Assembly (NCBI RefSeq): GCF_902652985.1
Contig: NC_047020.1
Span: forward strand, 41,974,001 to 42,038,000
Direction: 5' to 3'
From: Pecten maximus
Lineage: Eukaryota
DNA length: 64,000 nt
Below, one piece after another: positions 26,944 through 41,001 of the stretch. Position numbers and translations under genes: made by a program. The notes below the pieces were generated by a model. It did not search any database, was not told the origin of the DNA, and saw nothing but the letters and a program-made list of their open reading frames with translations. Each line of letters starts with the position of its first letter. Within the stretch, counting starts at the first letter, position 1.

Positions 26944-27221
26944 TTACATTTGTTAGTTTTCCTGAAAATGAAATCCTGTTCCTGTCGCTACCTGTTGTCT
27001 CTGTGGCCTTTATCAGATGTTTAAAATGCAAAGCATTTTGTTTATTCACGCTCTCGAGATGACGAACACATTCATTTTTAAAATCGCCTGTCATGCACGC
27101 TTGTTACTATATTTGCTTGTTATTGGTGGTGATAAAGTGACTCTTTAATTCTAGGCACGTGTCTTAACAGGTGTGGAGCTATAAATAGATAATACGTATA
27201 CCAATCCGAAAAAAAAACATA
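26944..27221 (-). repeat. Long inverted repeat, right arm
   Basis: Reverse complement of 24623-24899. Confidence 0.93.
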
Positions 27222-27951
27222 GGTAAACTACCTACGTACATACACCTATGAAATGTAGGCGTTACTCCGCCAACGAACAATGTATCTATACAGATGTAGC
27301 GTGTTTTTGATCTCGAAGGAAATATATCGTGTACAAACAATGGAATACATCACATGACATTATAGAAATACCGTGCTTTCCTCCTACTGTTGATTTAACC
27401 CTGTGTTTCGAAAGGTCTACAAAGTTGTCTATTTTTTATCATAATGTGACTAATTTTTATCGATATTTAGTTAGAATTACCTGTTTCGTTATTAACACGG
27501 TATTCTTTTTTAGTACAGAAATACAGTCTAAAACAAAATGCTGATTGTCATATTTATTCAAAACTTAAACTTCTATATGACCGCTAAAAAACAAATAGTT
27601 TAACAGATGTACTTCGACTCACAATAAGGCGATTGACATACTATACGGCATTGTTTTCACTGAACTAAACAGAGTTTATTACCATATACAAGCTAATCGC
27701 CAGATAAGTACTCCGGGTTCCAATCATTATATGAAGATGCTATGCAAGCAGAACGTTGATGTTTACAATCTGGTTAGTTTAATTCGTAAATACATATGTT
27801 TAAGACATCCATTTTCTCTGTGTTTAATGTATTTAGTGTTGACAAGAGCTTTAACGTCTCCAGACTCTCTAGTCAGTTTTAGATGAGATGAAACCTCGCT
27901 GTAGGCGAAGTGACGTAAAGTCGTGCACAGTATACATTACTCACTAACATA

Positions 27952-29219
27952 CGAGGAATGATTGATATGTTGTGAGCCCCGTATTGAAGGAGGTACTCAA
28001 AGATGTTCTTTTTAAGTCCTACTATTCTCTGACTATATAGGATTGTGTTCCCAAGGACTGGTCTCATTTGGTACGTTGATATCGACGGGATAGCACTCTA
28101 AAGTAAACAAGACAAGCGGCCTTTGCGAAATGGACAAAATCGGAGAAAGAACAGTGATCCAATATTTGCATAAAAAAGGTTTAATACATAAGGATATCCA
28201 TTATGAATTGGTAGCAACACTAGGGAAATATGTCCCCTTCATATGCTACAGTGAAAAGGTGGGTGGCAGAATTTCAGCGCGGTCGAGAGAACCTTGAGTG
28301 TGACCCTCGTCCTGAAAGGCCTGTCAATGATGCAACCCCAGAAAAGGTCAATAAAGTTCATGATATTGTTATGACTGACAGACGAGTCACAGAAAGATAT
28401 ATAGCCAGTAGAGTTGGCATTTCACAGGAAAGAGTACATTCCATTCTGGCCGAGGATCTTTCAATGAGAACGCTTTCGGCCCAATGGGTACCAACATTTC
28501 TGACAGTTGATCAGAAGCACACCAGGCGCATATTATCGGGTGCTAATCTTAACCTTTTTGAGGAAGATCCTGCCAACTTTCTTCAGAGATTTGTCACTGT
28601 TGATGAAACATGGTTCCATCATTTTACCCCAGAGGCCAAACCACAATCGAAAAATGGAAGAACCCTGGCTCTCCCCTGCCAAAGAATGCAAAGACTGTTC
28701 CATCAGCTGGGAAGGTTATGGCCTCGGTTTTCTTGGGTGCAGATGTTATTCTGCTGATAGAGTATCTCCAAAAGGGACAAACGAATCTATGGCACATACT
28801 ATGCTTCACTTCTGAGTCAGTTACGGGAAAATATTAAACTTAAGCGCCGCGGAAAGTCCACTAAAGGTGTGTTATCCCATCAAGACAATGCTCCTGTTCA
28901 CATTACCATAGCTGCCATTTACGATTGTGGCTTTAAATTGATTGAGCATCCGCCTTATTCACCTGATCTCGCTCAATCAGATTTTTATCTATTTCCAGCT
29001 ATTTGAGGCACCCACTTTCAGTCCGATGATGACGTCATACATTCAGTGGATGACTTTCTGAACAGCCATGAAAGGGAGTTCTATAAAAGCGGCATTGAGG
29101 CCCTTAAACACCACTGGCAAAAGTGTATAGACACTGAAGGGGATTATGTTTTAAAATAGCATGTCCGCCAAAATTCAAATCCTTCAATATAAGGCTCACA
29201 ACATAATAATCAGCACTCG
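27952..29219 (+). mobile_element. Tc1/mariner DNA transposon (mariner type), near full length, ~1.27 kb
   Basis: ~27-bp imperfect TIRs cgaggaatgattgatatgttgtgagcc and ggctcacaacataataatcagcactcg enclose the transposase remnant. The left flank is TA and the right is AA. Confidence 0.93.
28130..29159 (+). pseudogene. Mariner transposase pseudogene (several frameshifts and deletions)
   Basis: MDKIGERTVIQYL.., SYATVKRWVAEFQRGR, WVPTFL, TVDETW, HQDNAPVH, HPPYSPDLAQSDFYLF and WQKCIDTEGDYV, distributed over different reading frames. Confidence 0.95.
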
Positions 29220-29367
29220 AAGCTTTGTAAGCAAAACATCATATTGTTTTATTACTTGTATAGTGGAATGGAAGTCATTAGCGGTCCTTTAGGTCAGCTT
29301 CCCTTCTATTGAGATTTTTTCCTTGGTATATCCATGCAGATATATACATAACCAGCATGATTGGTAT

Positions 29368-29615
29368 AGCTAAAGCAATACATGTCCGCTGCCGGACCCT
29401 TGCTGAAACAGTGAACAGTGACCTTGATCTTGATCCAAAAACTCTGAAGCTCGAACGCGTTCCATAAATTATAGTCCTTTAACATTGTGGTAGGTTTTTC
29501 GAGGAATGACTTCGCTACAGCGCTGGCAAACTATGGCGTGACGTAAGTATATAAGTACAAGACGGGCGGAGATGAAACCTATAGTCTCCCGATGTCACCG
29601 GTAGGGGACTTATAA
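29368..29615 (+). mobile_element. Helentron-associated (HINE-type) non-autonomous element
   Basis: The 5' ctaaagcaatacatgtcc also occurs at ~17088. There is a gtgaccttgatcttga core and a 3' imperfect hairpin agtctcccgatgtcaccggtaggggact. Confidence 0.55.
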
Positions 29616-31829
29616 ACATGTTATCTGTTATCCATCAGTACGAATGATTGAAAATTATAAGAATTTCAGTAATAGACATGCACGAAAAATAAAGGAATTT
29701 AACAATTCTATAAAATGATGGCATCAAAAATTCCCAGTAAGAAATTACAACATCTAATGTATTTGTCAACGCCGTCTGCTAGCGACAATTATCTGACAGA
29801 TCAGTCATGGAATGTAGCGAACAAAACGTCTATGGGATCATGGCTACCTATTTGCAGGGATATTTCTATTTCCAGATGAATTTTTATCCAAAATTAAAAA
29901 AAAAGAAGAAGAAAAATTCAACAACCAAACGACATTCGTTCGAACGTCGCATCACTGTTAAATAATATTCATCAATGTGTGATCAACATGTTTTATTCTG
30001 AGCAAACAAGAATGAAAAACAGATTCAATCATTAACTAGTTTGCAACATTTAAACATTTCTGTATAGAATTTGGAAATTTCTGCTGTTTTGGATTCGAGC
30101 TTCCTGACGTCAAGGTTTTAGAAGCGGGATTTTAAACGTCCTTTTTTGCGTTAGATTATAATAAACAAAAATGAAAATACATACATCGAATTGCTTGCAG
30201 ATGCTCCGGAAAGTTGATTGACCTTTTAAATTTAAGATATATATGTATAGATCTCAAGATAAACATTACCATGACAACCGCAGATAGCCGTCATCAAAAT
30301 CGATGACAAGAGTGAATGTTGAAGTCTGATAGCAAGCTTTCCGCATTTATAGCCTCTCTATGGTTATCTTTACAAATATAAAACTTAATCAAGCTAACTT
30401 CATAGTCCCTTCTGGATTTATCTTCATTTAATTCCCTTCAAATCTGATCAGTTACTTCAACAATTCATAAGTAAATTTGGTAATAAACATCTAAAATAGA
30501 ACATGAATCAACCCTGCGCGTGCCGAATTACATCCCCAGATGATTAACAGAAAAAAAATGCCGAAAAATTTCTCTACCAGTTTAAGTTGGCTTTTTACGT
30601 TAAACCTATCTTAACTTTTTGTCGGCTGATTCACGTTGACTCTGCAAAAGATAGATGCTTTTGTGATTTTACCTAATCTTATCTACCATTTGCCTTCGCG
30701 GAAGTAACCAGTACGTCTGATCAAGTTTGGGCTTCTGGTGCCCCGCTTTGATCGCAAGTCTTCTATTCTTCAAAACAAACCAGTTCGTGCATGCGTGCAT
30801 GACATATTTTCCGCGACTCATTTACATATATAGAGTGGAGCACCGGACTAGATATTTACCGTAAACAGTGGATAGGTTCCCGGTTTTAATTGTAATTATG
30901 AAGAACTACGGTTTAGGTTCTCAGATGAGGTCATCGCTGTGATACAGATTCTGTCATTTTATACATTTTTGTAATTGTTTCCAAATTTATGTGATAAGAA
31001 AAATTTGGAGAGGCTTTAATTATACTATATCATAAAAAAATTCAAATTTTGTTTATGAACTATCATTTTATACTATCGCAACAAAATCAACAGAAAAAGT
31101 GTAACATTGTACGCTGGAAACGCATATATATCAAAATATAAAACATAAATGTCAGATGTTACAATACATAGATGTACAAAAATTACCACATCTGTACAAC
31201 TCAGTTATTTAAGGATTACAAAGCGGAGGACTCTTCCAAAACGTTTTCTCCTATTAGATATTCAATGATTGCCATGAAAATCTGTTTTTTTAATAATTTG
31301 CACAGGTTTTATCAGTTTTTACTTAAAATAACGATTTCGCTATCATGTCTTCGTTTTCGCCTGCAATGATATGGAATGAAATGGGATATAACATCCACTT
31401 CCATGAACTCTAGAAGGATGAAATTGATAGATGTGTACGATTCTGTCTTACGCGTATATTCAGTTTTGTGAGACTTTGTGCAATCATGGTTCCTTTGAGG
31501 TTTTGATTAAGTCAGACTCGTGGCTTTTTATCTATTTAATGATCTTGAGCAAAACTAAAAGTAACTATGACCTTTAATTCAAACATCAAAGACAAAAATG
31601 CAATGACAAATTACCAACTAGTCGTCCCAGATATCAATTCCGGGAATGCCAGAGCTGAACGTTGGTTGATTGGTTTAGTTCTAGCACGTTAGTTTAAGGT
31701 CTCTCTGGAATTTCGGTAACAAAATAGAATTCGTATGGCTGTAAATCAGTAGTGAACGGATCGTGTACTCTGCAATGAAACAAGATCTATGTCATAATAC
31801 CCTTAACACTACAGTAGAGATGTCACTTT

Positions 31830-32060
31830 TACGTCATTACCTTTTGTAACACTAGTGATGCGGCGGGCACGCGTATGCCTGAATGTTACACGTTCTATCT
31901 GTACAAGTACATCATTACTTTTTGATTCACTGGCGATCCGGTGGGCACGCGTACGCCTTAGTGATACACGTGCTACACTTGTACAAGCACGTCATTGGCG
32001 TTTTTAACACTGATGATCAGGAGGCCATGCTTACACCTTAATAATGCAGGTGCTACATGT
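31830..32060. repeat. Degenerate tandem repeat, ~79-bp unit, 3 copies
   Basis: acgtcatt..cact.g.gat..gg.gggcacgcgta.gcct..tacacgt.cta..tgtacaag is repeated. Confidence 0.75.
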
Positions 32061-35000
32061 ATGTTATTACTCTTTAACGAGTTCGTGTAACGGATATACC
32101 GCGATAGAATACATGATGCCAATGTATAATTATCTAGAACATATTAAAATCAATGACGTCATCATATACCATCCCTACACATCACGGTTATACCCCAAGC
32201 CATTATATATATGTATATGATACAGACATATCCCAACAAACAATACATCGAGTCTTAGCAAAGAAGATATAGATTAAATACATAATATTTGCATTTGGGT
32301 AAAAATGCACGATATAAGCTAACAAGGTAGTTTTGCAGCCTTTGAGAACATAATCGACACCCAAATCGTGACATCATTCCAGGCGTATGAATATATTTCA
32401 TTCACGCGCAACACAACAATTCAATACTTCAGTGGTCGAAATGTTGAGACACGATTAACTAATGTTTAAAAACAATTCTTTTCGGTCGTATGATGATAGT
32501 ACAGGAACATTCACTATTTATTGCTTTAAATACACTTGCGTGATACGGTAAACTGACAGGTCAAGCGAATGAAAAATCTACGATTTCCACGTGCCCCTGT
32601 GTTCCGCCCCCGTTACCAATATACATTGATATCTGCAATGTTCCTTGATATCACTGATCAATCGGACCGCGTTCATGAGACATCTACTGTCGAAAGGAAT
32701 CGGACTGTTGTAGCAATTGCCAACTATCGTCGTGTCTCTATGCAGTAGGTGTATTAAGTTTACGCCATGCTTCTTTTCTGACACAAGCTACACAATGGAT
32801 TCGAGAATAGACGCATTCGTTTGCAACTGACGACTGGACGGTGTGTATAGTAAATTCATCCAAGTGTAAACTTTTTGTTAAATGGTAACCATTAAAAAAT
32901 ACATCGTGATTTATTATCACGTTGTTTATTAAAGCACAGGGTAATAAGTGACACGATTTAATTGATAATAAATAATAATAAAAAAAAATTGATTACAGGA
33001 TGTTCCACTTGTCGAACGAAAATGTCGATGAGGCAGTGATTTTTTAACCATTATTAGAATTTTGTTTGCATATCCTTTAAAACAATCGATTCTAAATATA
33101 AGAATAAAACTTATTGATGTGGTGAATATGGTCGAATTCAATGCGAAGTAGCGCAATATGATGTTTGCCTCCAAAGCTCTGACATTACGGGTTTTGAATG
33201 TCGAGGAGGGATGCCGGCAAAATACACATTGTCATGAAATTAATTCTACGCATATCCGCAGACTGTGCCAACATATGATCTATTTTAAGAACATTATGTA
33301 TGTCTATGGGCATTGAGCTAAATCTGTGAAAATTGCGTTGTTACTGTTTGTTTTACCTCATGATAAACAATAAGAATGGGAATTTTATAGAAAAAATTAT
33401 CTTCTATCAATAATACGATTGTTTTGATAGAACAAAATAAAGTTCAAAGTCTGTGTACGTGACCCGGGAATTGGACCGGCGTACAATTTTCACCCCAGAA
33501 GTGACGTCCTTTTTTACCTCCAAGTTACAGAGTGGTATATTTTTATCGGGAGAACGTTCGATTTTGACGCAAGATACGAAAAAAGTTACGAACATCTTTG
33601 TGAAACGCACTTACGAACGTTCGTAAGTTACGAAGCTTTGTGAAACGATGCATGGACCGTTAATACCATATCAAGACAGTTTAATGGTTAAATGACGTCA
33701 CATAGTTAAACATGGAAATTGTATCGTCAAACTTTTCTGTGTTACTGGGATACCCTTCTTTTAGTTTTCGCATTATGTTTGGTTAACAGGAGCTACAAAA
33801 TGTATGTGAGAAATATATCTTTATAGTTATATGTCTTTCATATGGACTTGATTATATGGGGTCGTGAGGTGATCTATTTAACGGGCGACATTCTATTTAC
33901 AAATGTATCTGTCACCAAAATTGTATTCATATCGACTGTATACTACCATTTGGTAACAGTTCAATGCTTATATTTACATTGATTTTTTTTTTATTTGTTG
34001 TAATTTAAGACGCGTTTAAATTTGCCGCTTCCCCTATTACTGGCGTCATCAAGTTCGAATACCGGAACAGCCGAAATTTCCAGAAGGAATAATATAGTCC
34101 CTCATGTCGTTAATAATAGCAATCACATAAAATGTTTTTTGCACAAATTTGGCGTTATATTATATGTCATATAGGTTTGTAGATATCGTTAAATTGTTTA
34201 CAATTGCATAAGTTCTAATTGGTCAAAATCAAACCGTTTTTTCGGCGCAATGATATACGGTTCACAATTAGAAGTGATGCGGCGTTGAACGGGTATTGCA
34301 CAGGACAGACTCGATTCCTCGGAAACACTTATGTTTCTATCAACTGGATTTACGTTATTTTCAGAAGAATCTCAGCTCTTAAATTATAAATGAAAGTCAT
34401 CTTGACAGAAGGTGAAAACTATTCCAAAGATATTTCTTTCAAAACCGATTCCAGTCTAACCCGTCACATCAGTGTCGCTAACTTAGCAGACGATGTTCAT
34501 CTTCACAGGGGCTCTATTTTGGAGTAAGGTAGGCCTTTGACATCAGTGAATAACCACAAAACTATAATTCAGTATGCATACACAACCGGAAACCATGTCG
34601 ATACTACCTATTTTTCACAAGATTTTTGTTTTATAAATGCTGGACTTTTAATGTTGTCGTGTCTAGCATTTCTGAAAATTCGGAAACGAGTCCCTGTATG
34701 TAACCACATTGACAATTTGATAACTTCGTATAGATCAAGAATAGCGCTTATAATAATTTTGTGTCGACTTTTTATATTATTAAACTTTACTTTCATAACT
34801 TGTGTTGCTTTGTTGTTTTTTTTTTTTGTTTTTTTTTTGTGGTGGTATATGTAGATAAATGCTAGCATTCGAAAGCTTTCTTGGCCGAATGTTAACTGGC
34901 GGCCATTGTTTTAACCTACAACACCTGAAGGAAGCTGTGTTCATACACTGACCGAATCACTGTAAATTGTAGTATACAGTCTCATGAATACAATTTGGTT

Positions 35001-35923
35001 TACTAACGACACATAGGCAAATGCAACACAGAATGTAAATATAGGTAATTGAAATCGTGTATATTGACACTCGTGAAGGGTGAAGCATTACGTAACCATT
35101 AACTATTAATATAACATAGATGACGTCATCACATGACACATATATCTGTATAAACACACACACATATATATATCATGACGTAATCACTGTACGCTCGAAC
35201 TTCTGGCACACTTATATTAGTTATAAACATATACAAGTCTACAGACCTAATGCTTGCAGATGAAGAAATTCTGGAGAAACGCAACACGTGCCAGGATTGT
35301 TATTTTTCAAATGGGTCTTTTCGATCGTTAGACACTCCCAAGTCAACCATTAACCCGAGTCTGACCGTAATACACTGGCTAGTGAAGGCGATGCGGTATG
35401 AATCGATTGTACAAATCTTATACAAGGACACATCAGTGCATAACAACATATTATTTCCATTAAATAGTCATGGCTAAGAAGCAATCGGCATGCAATTGGT
35501 GAGGAGTATTAGTTTCAAAATGGCGGCGCCAAATCGAGAATTCCAAGCATGATTTTTCGACATAGCCGTATATTATTCTTTTTGGCCCCGGATATGACGC
35601 GACAGGTGGCGTTACTGGTCAAGATGAAGTATGTGATTGGTCAATGTAGCGGTAAATGCAAAATGCAGATATGCAGTTAAAAACGAAACAAAGATAAGAT
35701 TGAATGCAAGCTGAATAAGTGGATGTATCTTTTCATATGTCACATTGATAAAATTATATTCCTGATTCAAAGGCAATCTTATCACCAAAAATGATTTAAC
35801 TGATATAATTTGTTTCCGTGCTGAAACGCATTAGTTCGTTTCGTCAGCAGTTTTACATTATAACCACCAGCATCAAAACTATGCCGTTTATCTTTTTTTT
35901 TTAATGTTTCTTGTTTAGATATA

Positions 35924-36135
35924 CAGTGGAACTTCGTTAACTCGAACTCGGAAAACTCGAATACCCCGCTTAACTCGAAGCACTTCGTCAGTCCCGACGG
36001 AATTCTCTCTTTATCCTAGTAAAAAAAACTCGGAAAACTCGAATTCGGAAAACTCGAAAAACTCGGATAATACGAAGTGAAAATTTGGTACCAAAAATAA
36101 AAATCCTATTTGAAATGATCGAATAACTCGAAATA
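35924..36135 (+). mobile_element. Left end of a pogo/Tigger-like non-autonomous DNA transposon
   Basis: TA|CAGTGGAACTTCGTTAACTCGAA followed by many subterminal aactcg(a/g)a motifs. The partner TIR was not found. Confidence 0.65.
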
Positions 36136-36836
36136 TGATTTTTGTTTCCTAAAACGATCGGTGGTAAACGCCGACATTTTTTCAACATCGAAATTCCGTT
36201 TGTATCGGCACTACAAACCTACCGATTATTATATGCTATTATAAGTGTTTCATAACTTCATTAAAGAAATTGTCAGTGGAATCTTTAAACAATATCTCTC
36301 GGTGATAAAAAGTACTCTTTTACTTACATCAGGTAATTTCCTAAGGCGGTCGCCGATAATAGTACACACGATAGTCAACAACTCAACTACCCGCTCGCTC
36401 AAGCGGAATTAATCTCTGACATACCGGTAGATCTACTCGGCTGATGTTTTTACAGGTGTAGAAATGAAACGGTCACCGGTGCCTCTTAAATCTTTAAACT
36501 GCTGAAACAATAGCGTAATTACTGTCGAGGTGTTCAGAGTACGACTGTAACGGACAGCGCTGTCTATTAAGTCGGATAACACGCCAATTCAGTAACAGTA
36601 ACATTTTATACGCACATGCGCAGTACCAACTTCCTGTGCTAATACACATGGAAATGGCGTGGTTGTTGGTAAAACGTAAGTAGGACTATCAAACAGTATT
36701 TTATATGTCCAATATAAGATAATGGTTCTGTTACGTTTTACATATTATCAGTGTTGAATTTAAACGGTTATTTGATATAACATTAATAAATTGTTATTCG
36801 GTTGAATTCCATTTCATCGTTATTCCTTTTGCAAAC

Positions 36837-36877
36837 ATGACATCAGAGACCTATATACTATAGGTCTCTGATGACAT
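36837..36877. mobile_element. 27-bp palindrome flanked by a 7-bp direct repeat; probable DNA-transposon excision footprint
   Basis: ATGACAT-CAGAGACCTATA-tac-TATAGGTCTCTG-ATGACAT. Confidence 0.65.
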
Positions 36878-38628
36878 GTACATCAGATCGTTATTGAAGT
36901 GACTAAGAGAAAGAAACTTGTACTATAAATCCAGTCCATAACGAGACTTTAAAACAACCTATATTATGAGTCTAACGCCAATGACGAGTGCTTGAAAAAG
37001 AATCCTATTTAATGTATTTTACCTTTCAGGTGCATACAACGTGATACCCCATCGATAGTGTCACGTATCATAAACGCAAGCATGCTGTCTGAAACGAAAA
37101 TATTTAACTACATTACCCGCATGTTACCTTCATAGAAATTGTCGGTATCGTATACAAAAATTGTATGAAATACACCACCACCTTTATGGAAAGTTTCGGT
37201 ATCATATATCAAAATGTATATTTTATGTCCAAGACAGAAACTGATGAAATCATTGTAAACGAACGTATTTTGGCTGTGATCTTTTTAACGTTTATCGCGT
37301 CGGAAGCATGGCGTTAAATTATGATCACGAAAATTACGCATTTATCAATATTTTTGGCATATAATATTGATGTGCTATTTGATTATTCCGCTATTCTGTT
37401 AAAATGTGGTAATGCGCAAAAATGTGAATGTACAAAGGTTAATACGTTTACAAAATATGATCTGAATAACAAAACTGGGCGTACTACACGCGTTGTCATC
37501 TAGGGCAGGAAAGCAGCTCCCCTCTGTAGCATCATATACTCCATCCTTGATGATCATTTGACTATTTGAGGCAGGTTTCGACGACAACGAACAAATAGTT
37601 ATTAGAATGCTCGCAAATCGCAAAACCCGTCAAAATAGTGATTTTATCTTATGTTGGTGAGTATTTCCAAGATGCCAGGCGTCGATTATCTCCCCTTGTG
37701 GAACTCTCCATGTAGATCGCCATGTGATGAAATGCTGGACCACTTACCAGTGTCATACACAGATTATTGATTTTTTTAGCATTGGCTGATATATTGGATA
37801 TTAAAAACAAAATTATACCTTTGATGTTTTTATTTTTCACAAATGCCAAGGACAATGCATGCGGAATATTTGAAATGTAACACAGATTATATTTGAGACA
37901 AGGCCATTTGCAGACTTTATGTACAGTCCTTTGTAATATATATTGACACATATTGGTCAAATCAAAATGTGCAATACGTTGCTACAAAGGTTATATTATG
38001 AGCCAATACTATTTCAGATAATTTCCATAAGGTTGTATAATGTGTCTGAGTCGCTGTATATACATGTATAACCGATACAAATAGCATATGTTTTAAACAA
38101 AACATACTTCAAAGTACGACACTGGTCAATATTTCCAAATCTGAACACAACCAGTAGTTTGTTATACAGAGATTCAAAATCTGTAAATGAATCAAAGCAT
38201 ACAATATTCATGATATGCGTAGATATTTTCCATTTGTTCTGGATATGCGTTACAATGAATTCAATAAAACACATAGTCAAAACGCCATTAAAATGCAGCA
38301 ATATCAGTTTCCATTGAGGCCGGCGACCTCGGTATAACATTACCGTCCGATGTAAGCGTACAGCTGAATCTGAGTTTCACGAATAACTAGAGCACACAGC
38401 TGTACTTATCGTTAATCAAGGTGTGTTTCTCAATTAGCATACATAATTTATCATCCAGGTAGTTCGCAGATTACGCGATGTGTTTTTAAATTAACAATAG
38501 ATTACTTTCGTAATGTATTTAACAATCTGTTTTAAAACAGTATGTCGCATCACAGTCTAAATGCGTATTTCTGCGATCAATACAACACCAGTTGTGTACA
38601 TTCAATGCTATATTTTTCATCAGCTTAA

Positions 38629-38983
38629 AGGGGCATTCCTTCGTTTGAATAAAGTTTAGGTCGTCAAAATTAAACTTACTACACAATTTGTATTTTTTCC
38701 AAGTAGTAAAAGTCATAATCTTAACATTAATACAGCAGTTTTACTTTCAAGATAAACCAAAGTTCTTCGTGTATTAAGTCCTGAAAATTCTTAATTCGAC
38801 CCGATTTATCACTAATTACCGAAAAGACATACGGTATTTGTATACGATACGCGTTTTTTCTGTACATTTCGGTGTTTATTTCATTACTTGTAGGCTCAAA
38901 CACTCATATAATCAATGTTCGGACTTAGATTTTATCAATAGAAACTGTGCATGTCTCTGATGTCCGAACGAAGAAATGCCCCT
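38629..38983 (+). mobile_element. Kolobok-like MITE, copy 1
   Basis: TTAA|AGGGGCATTCCTTCGTT ... AACGAAGAAATGCCCCT|ATAA. The interior is the reverse complement of 57572-57920. Confidence 0.85.
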
Positions 38984-40742
38984 ATAAATTAGTTTTATTT
39001 CAAAATACTACAAGGATTTGTGTTCAGAAAATCAGACAGATTTTTTTACCAGTTAAAATATAAACGTAAAACTTCCGAAATGTTTCATTTTACACAAATA
39101 CTGCGAACAGGAGGGTCCAACACCATTTGTACTTGATATGATTTTCAATACCGTAAAAATGTTGTTATTACGGGTTCAACATTTTTACGGGTTCTATCTT
39201 ATCACTATTTTGGAGCAAAGAAAAATACACGGAAATAAATACTACATGTAGTACAATTACATATAACAATGGTATTGTCAGTTTCATAATTTCCCCGAAA
39301 AAACAATAAACCTCTTTGTTTCGAAAATTCGACAAAGCAGCAGAAATATGAACTTGGGAAAAGCAACAGTTAATGAGTGAATTGCAGGAAAACAAAATTC
39401 GACATTGTATTCCATTCTTTCAACTTTTTAATCATTTTCACGTATCGAACAAATTGCGATCTGACGTTATCGTTCCCTAATCTTTTCCCAGGAATGCTTA
39501 GCATGTTGGTAAGAGAGAAACAATCTTATTTTAAATGCCTATTTATCAGATAAGTTGCTAATTAAAAACGCATTCATTTAGTTATTCAATTATTTTTAGA
39601 TTTATAACCGTGTAGGGCATTTTGATTCTAGGACATATATTTTAACATATTGATACAGCAGAATATGATGAGTACATCAAAAATAACATCAAGAATCTTT
39701 AAAATTAGTTTACAATAAAAAAAATATTGATGAAGGTCAATATTCAAGAGAAAATGGTTTCTTAAAATGAGTGTTAAGTTCTTTAAAGAAACACTTACTA
39801 AAGTATATATTGACAAAACGTACTGTATATTCTAAATATGGACAAAACCAACAATGCATCTTAGCATTTACAGTCTAGCCTTAAACTACCATCGTTTTAA
39901 ACCAAAAAGGCCTATTTATGTCCAGACAATTAAGGAATATTGATGGGATGAGCTGCCCGGGAACACGATCGGAGATTTGTTGGAAGATTGCATGAAGCTG
40001 ATAGAAAACGGATCGGTAAATGTCTGTACTCATACAGAAGGCCCCAGGTGAGAAAACAGGAGCATGCCGCTTGATCCCATCAGCTTTAGTAGTGATTTCA
40101 GCTGCCAGTAGTATGCCTTCTTTAGTTGTTCGAGCAAAACACTTCATGGAATAAGACATTAACATGTATAGGCAAAAACAGACACTGGTTTAGACGATAA
40201 AATCGCAAAGTTCAACAACCGGTGATGGGAGTCACTCAATGGGACGTCGAGGACAAAAACATATTAAGATATAAGTATATAGACACAGGCATGGATTAAT
40301 TTTGTTACATCAATTGCATGTTTAGGCATATAAATCATTGTCTGTCTTTGATAAAACTATTGCGACGCCATGTATGATGACGTCACCCTGTATAGGATCG
40401 ATATTCATCCTTGCGATAGTCTTTACCGTGAATATGAGTTATATGATAAATTGAATTTTACACGTGTCAATGTCAGTTGAAATTGAATTTTTTGAAATTT
40501 ATTGAATAACATTAAGCAATTAGGGGTGTCATTCATCACGTTGTCCTTTGTTTTCCAATATATCGATTTGTTCCACTTCTAACTGAAAATGCATTACATG
40601 TTCGCCAACCTGTGTTTATGCATTTTTGTTCTAAAACACATCCATGTTTTTACAATAAAATATAAGATATTGCTAAATTTTGCTCCGCTTCTATCCTTTG
40701 TATGTTAATATAAGACCATTGTTGGTTGTTTTAAAGTGTTAT

Positions 40743-41001
40743 TACTGTAAATCACTTAGATTTCGCGAATACTTTTTATCGCTAACTTAACACTTTCTAC
40801 ACATTCGCGATTGTATGATTTTGCGAGCGCTGATCTAGAAATGACTTTGAATTCGCGAATGAAGGGCTTTTAGAGTCAATGACTTCTATAGCAGTTAACG
40901 ATAGCTTGCCGCTACGCCAAATGTGTTATTTTCCTTCGAATAATCGCGAAGGACTTAAGCGCGAGAATAAATCACACACAAAATATAAGTGATCTACAGT
41001 A
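40743..41001. mobile_element. MITE with TACTGTA-type termini
   Basis: tactgtaaatcactta ... taagtgatctacagta, with internal ttcgcga motifs. Confidence 0.75.

Noticed and set aside
34364-34527. Plus-strand acceptor followed by a 45-aa ORF (MKVILTEGENYSK...)
   Set aside because: Short, isolated and without homology, so it cannot be distinguished from chance.
39926-40047. Plus-strand AG/GT-bounded segment (WDELPGNTIGDLLEDCMKLIENG)
   Set aside because: In-frame stops in the frames I translated and no supporting neighbouring exons.
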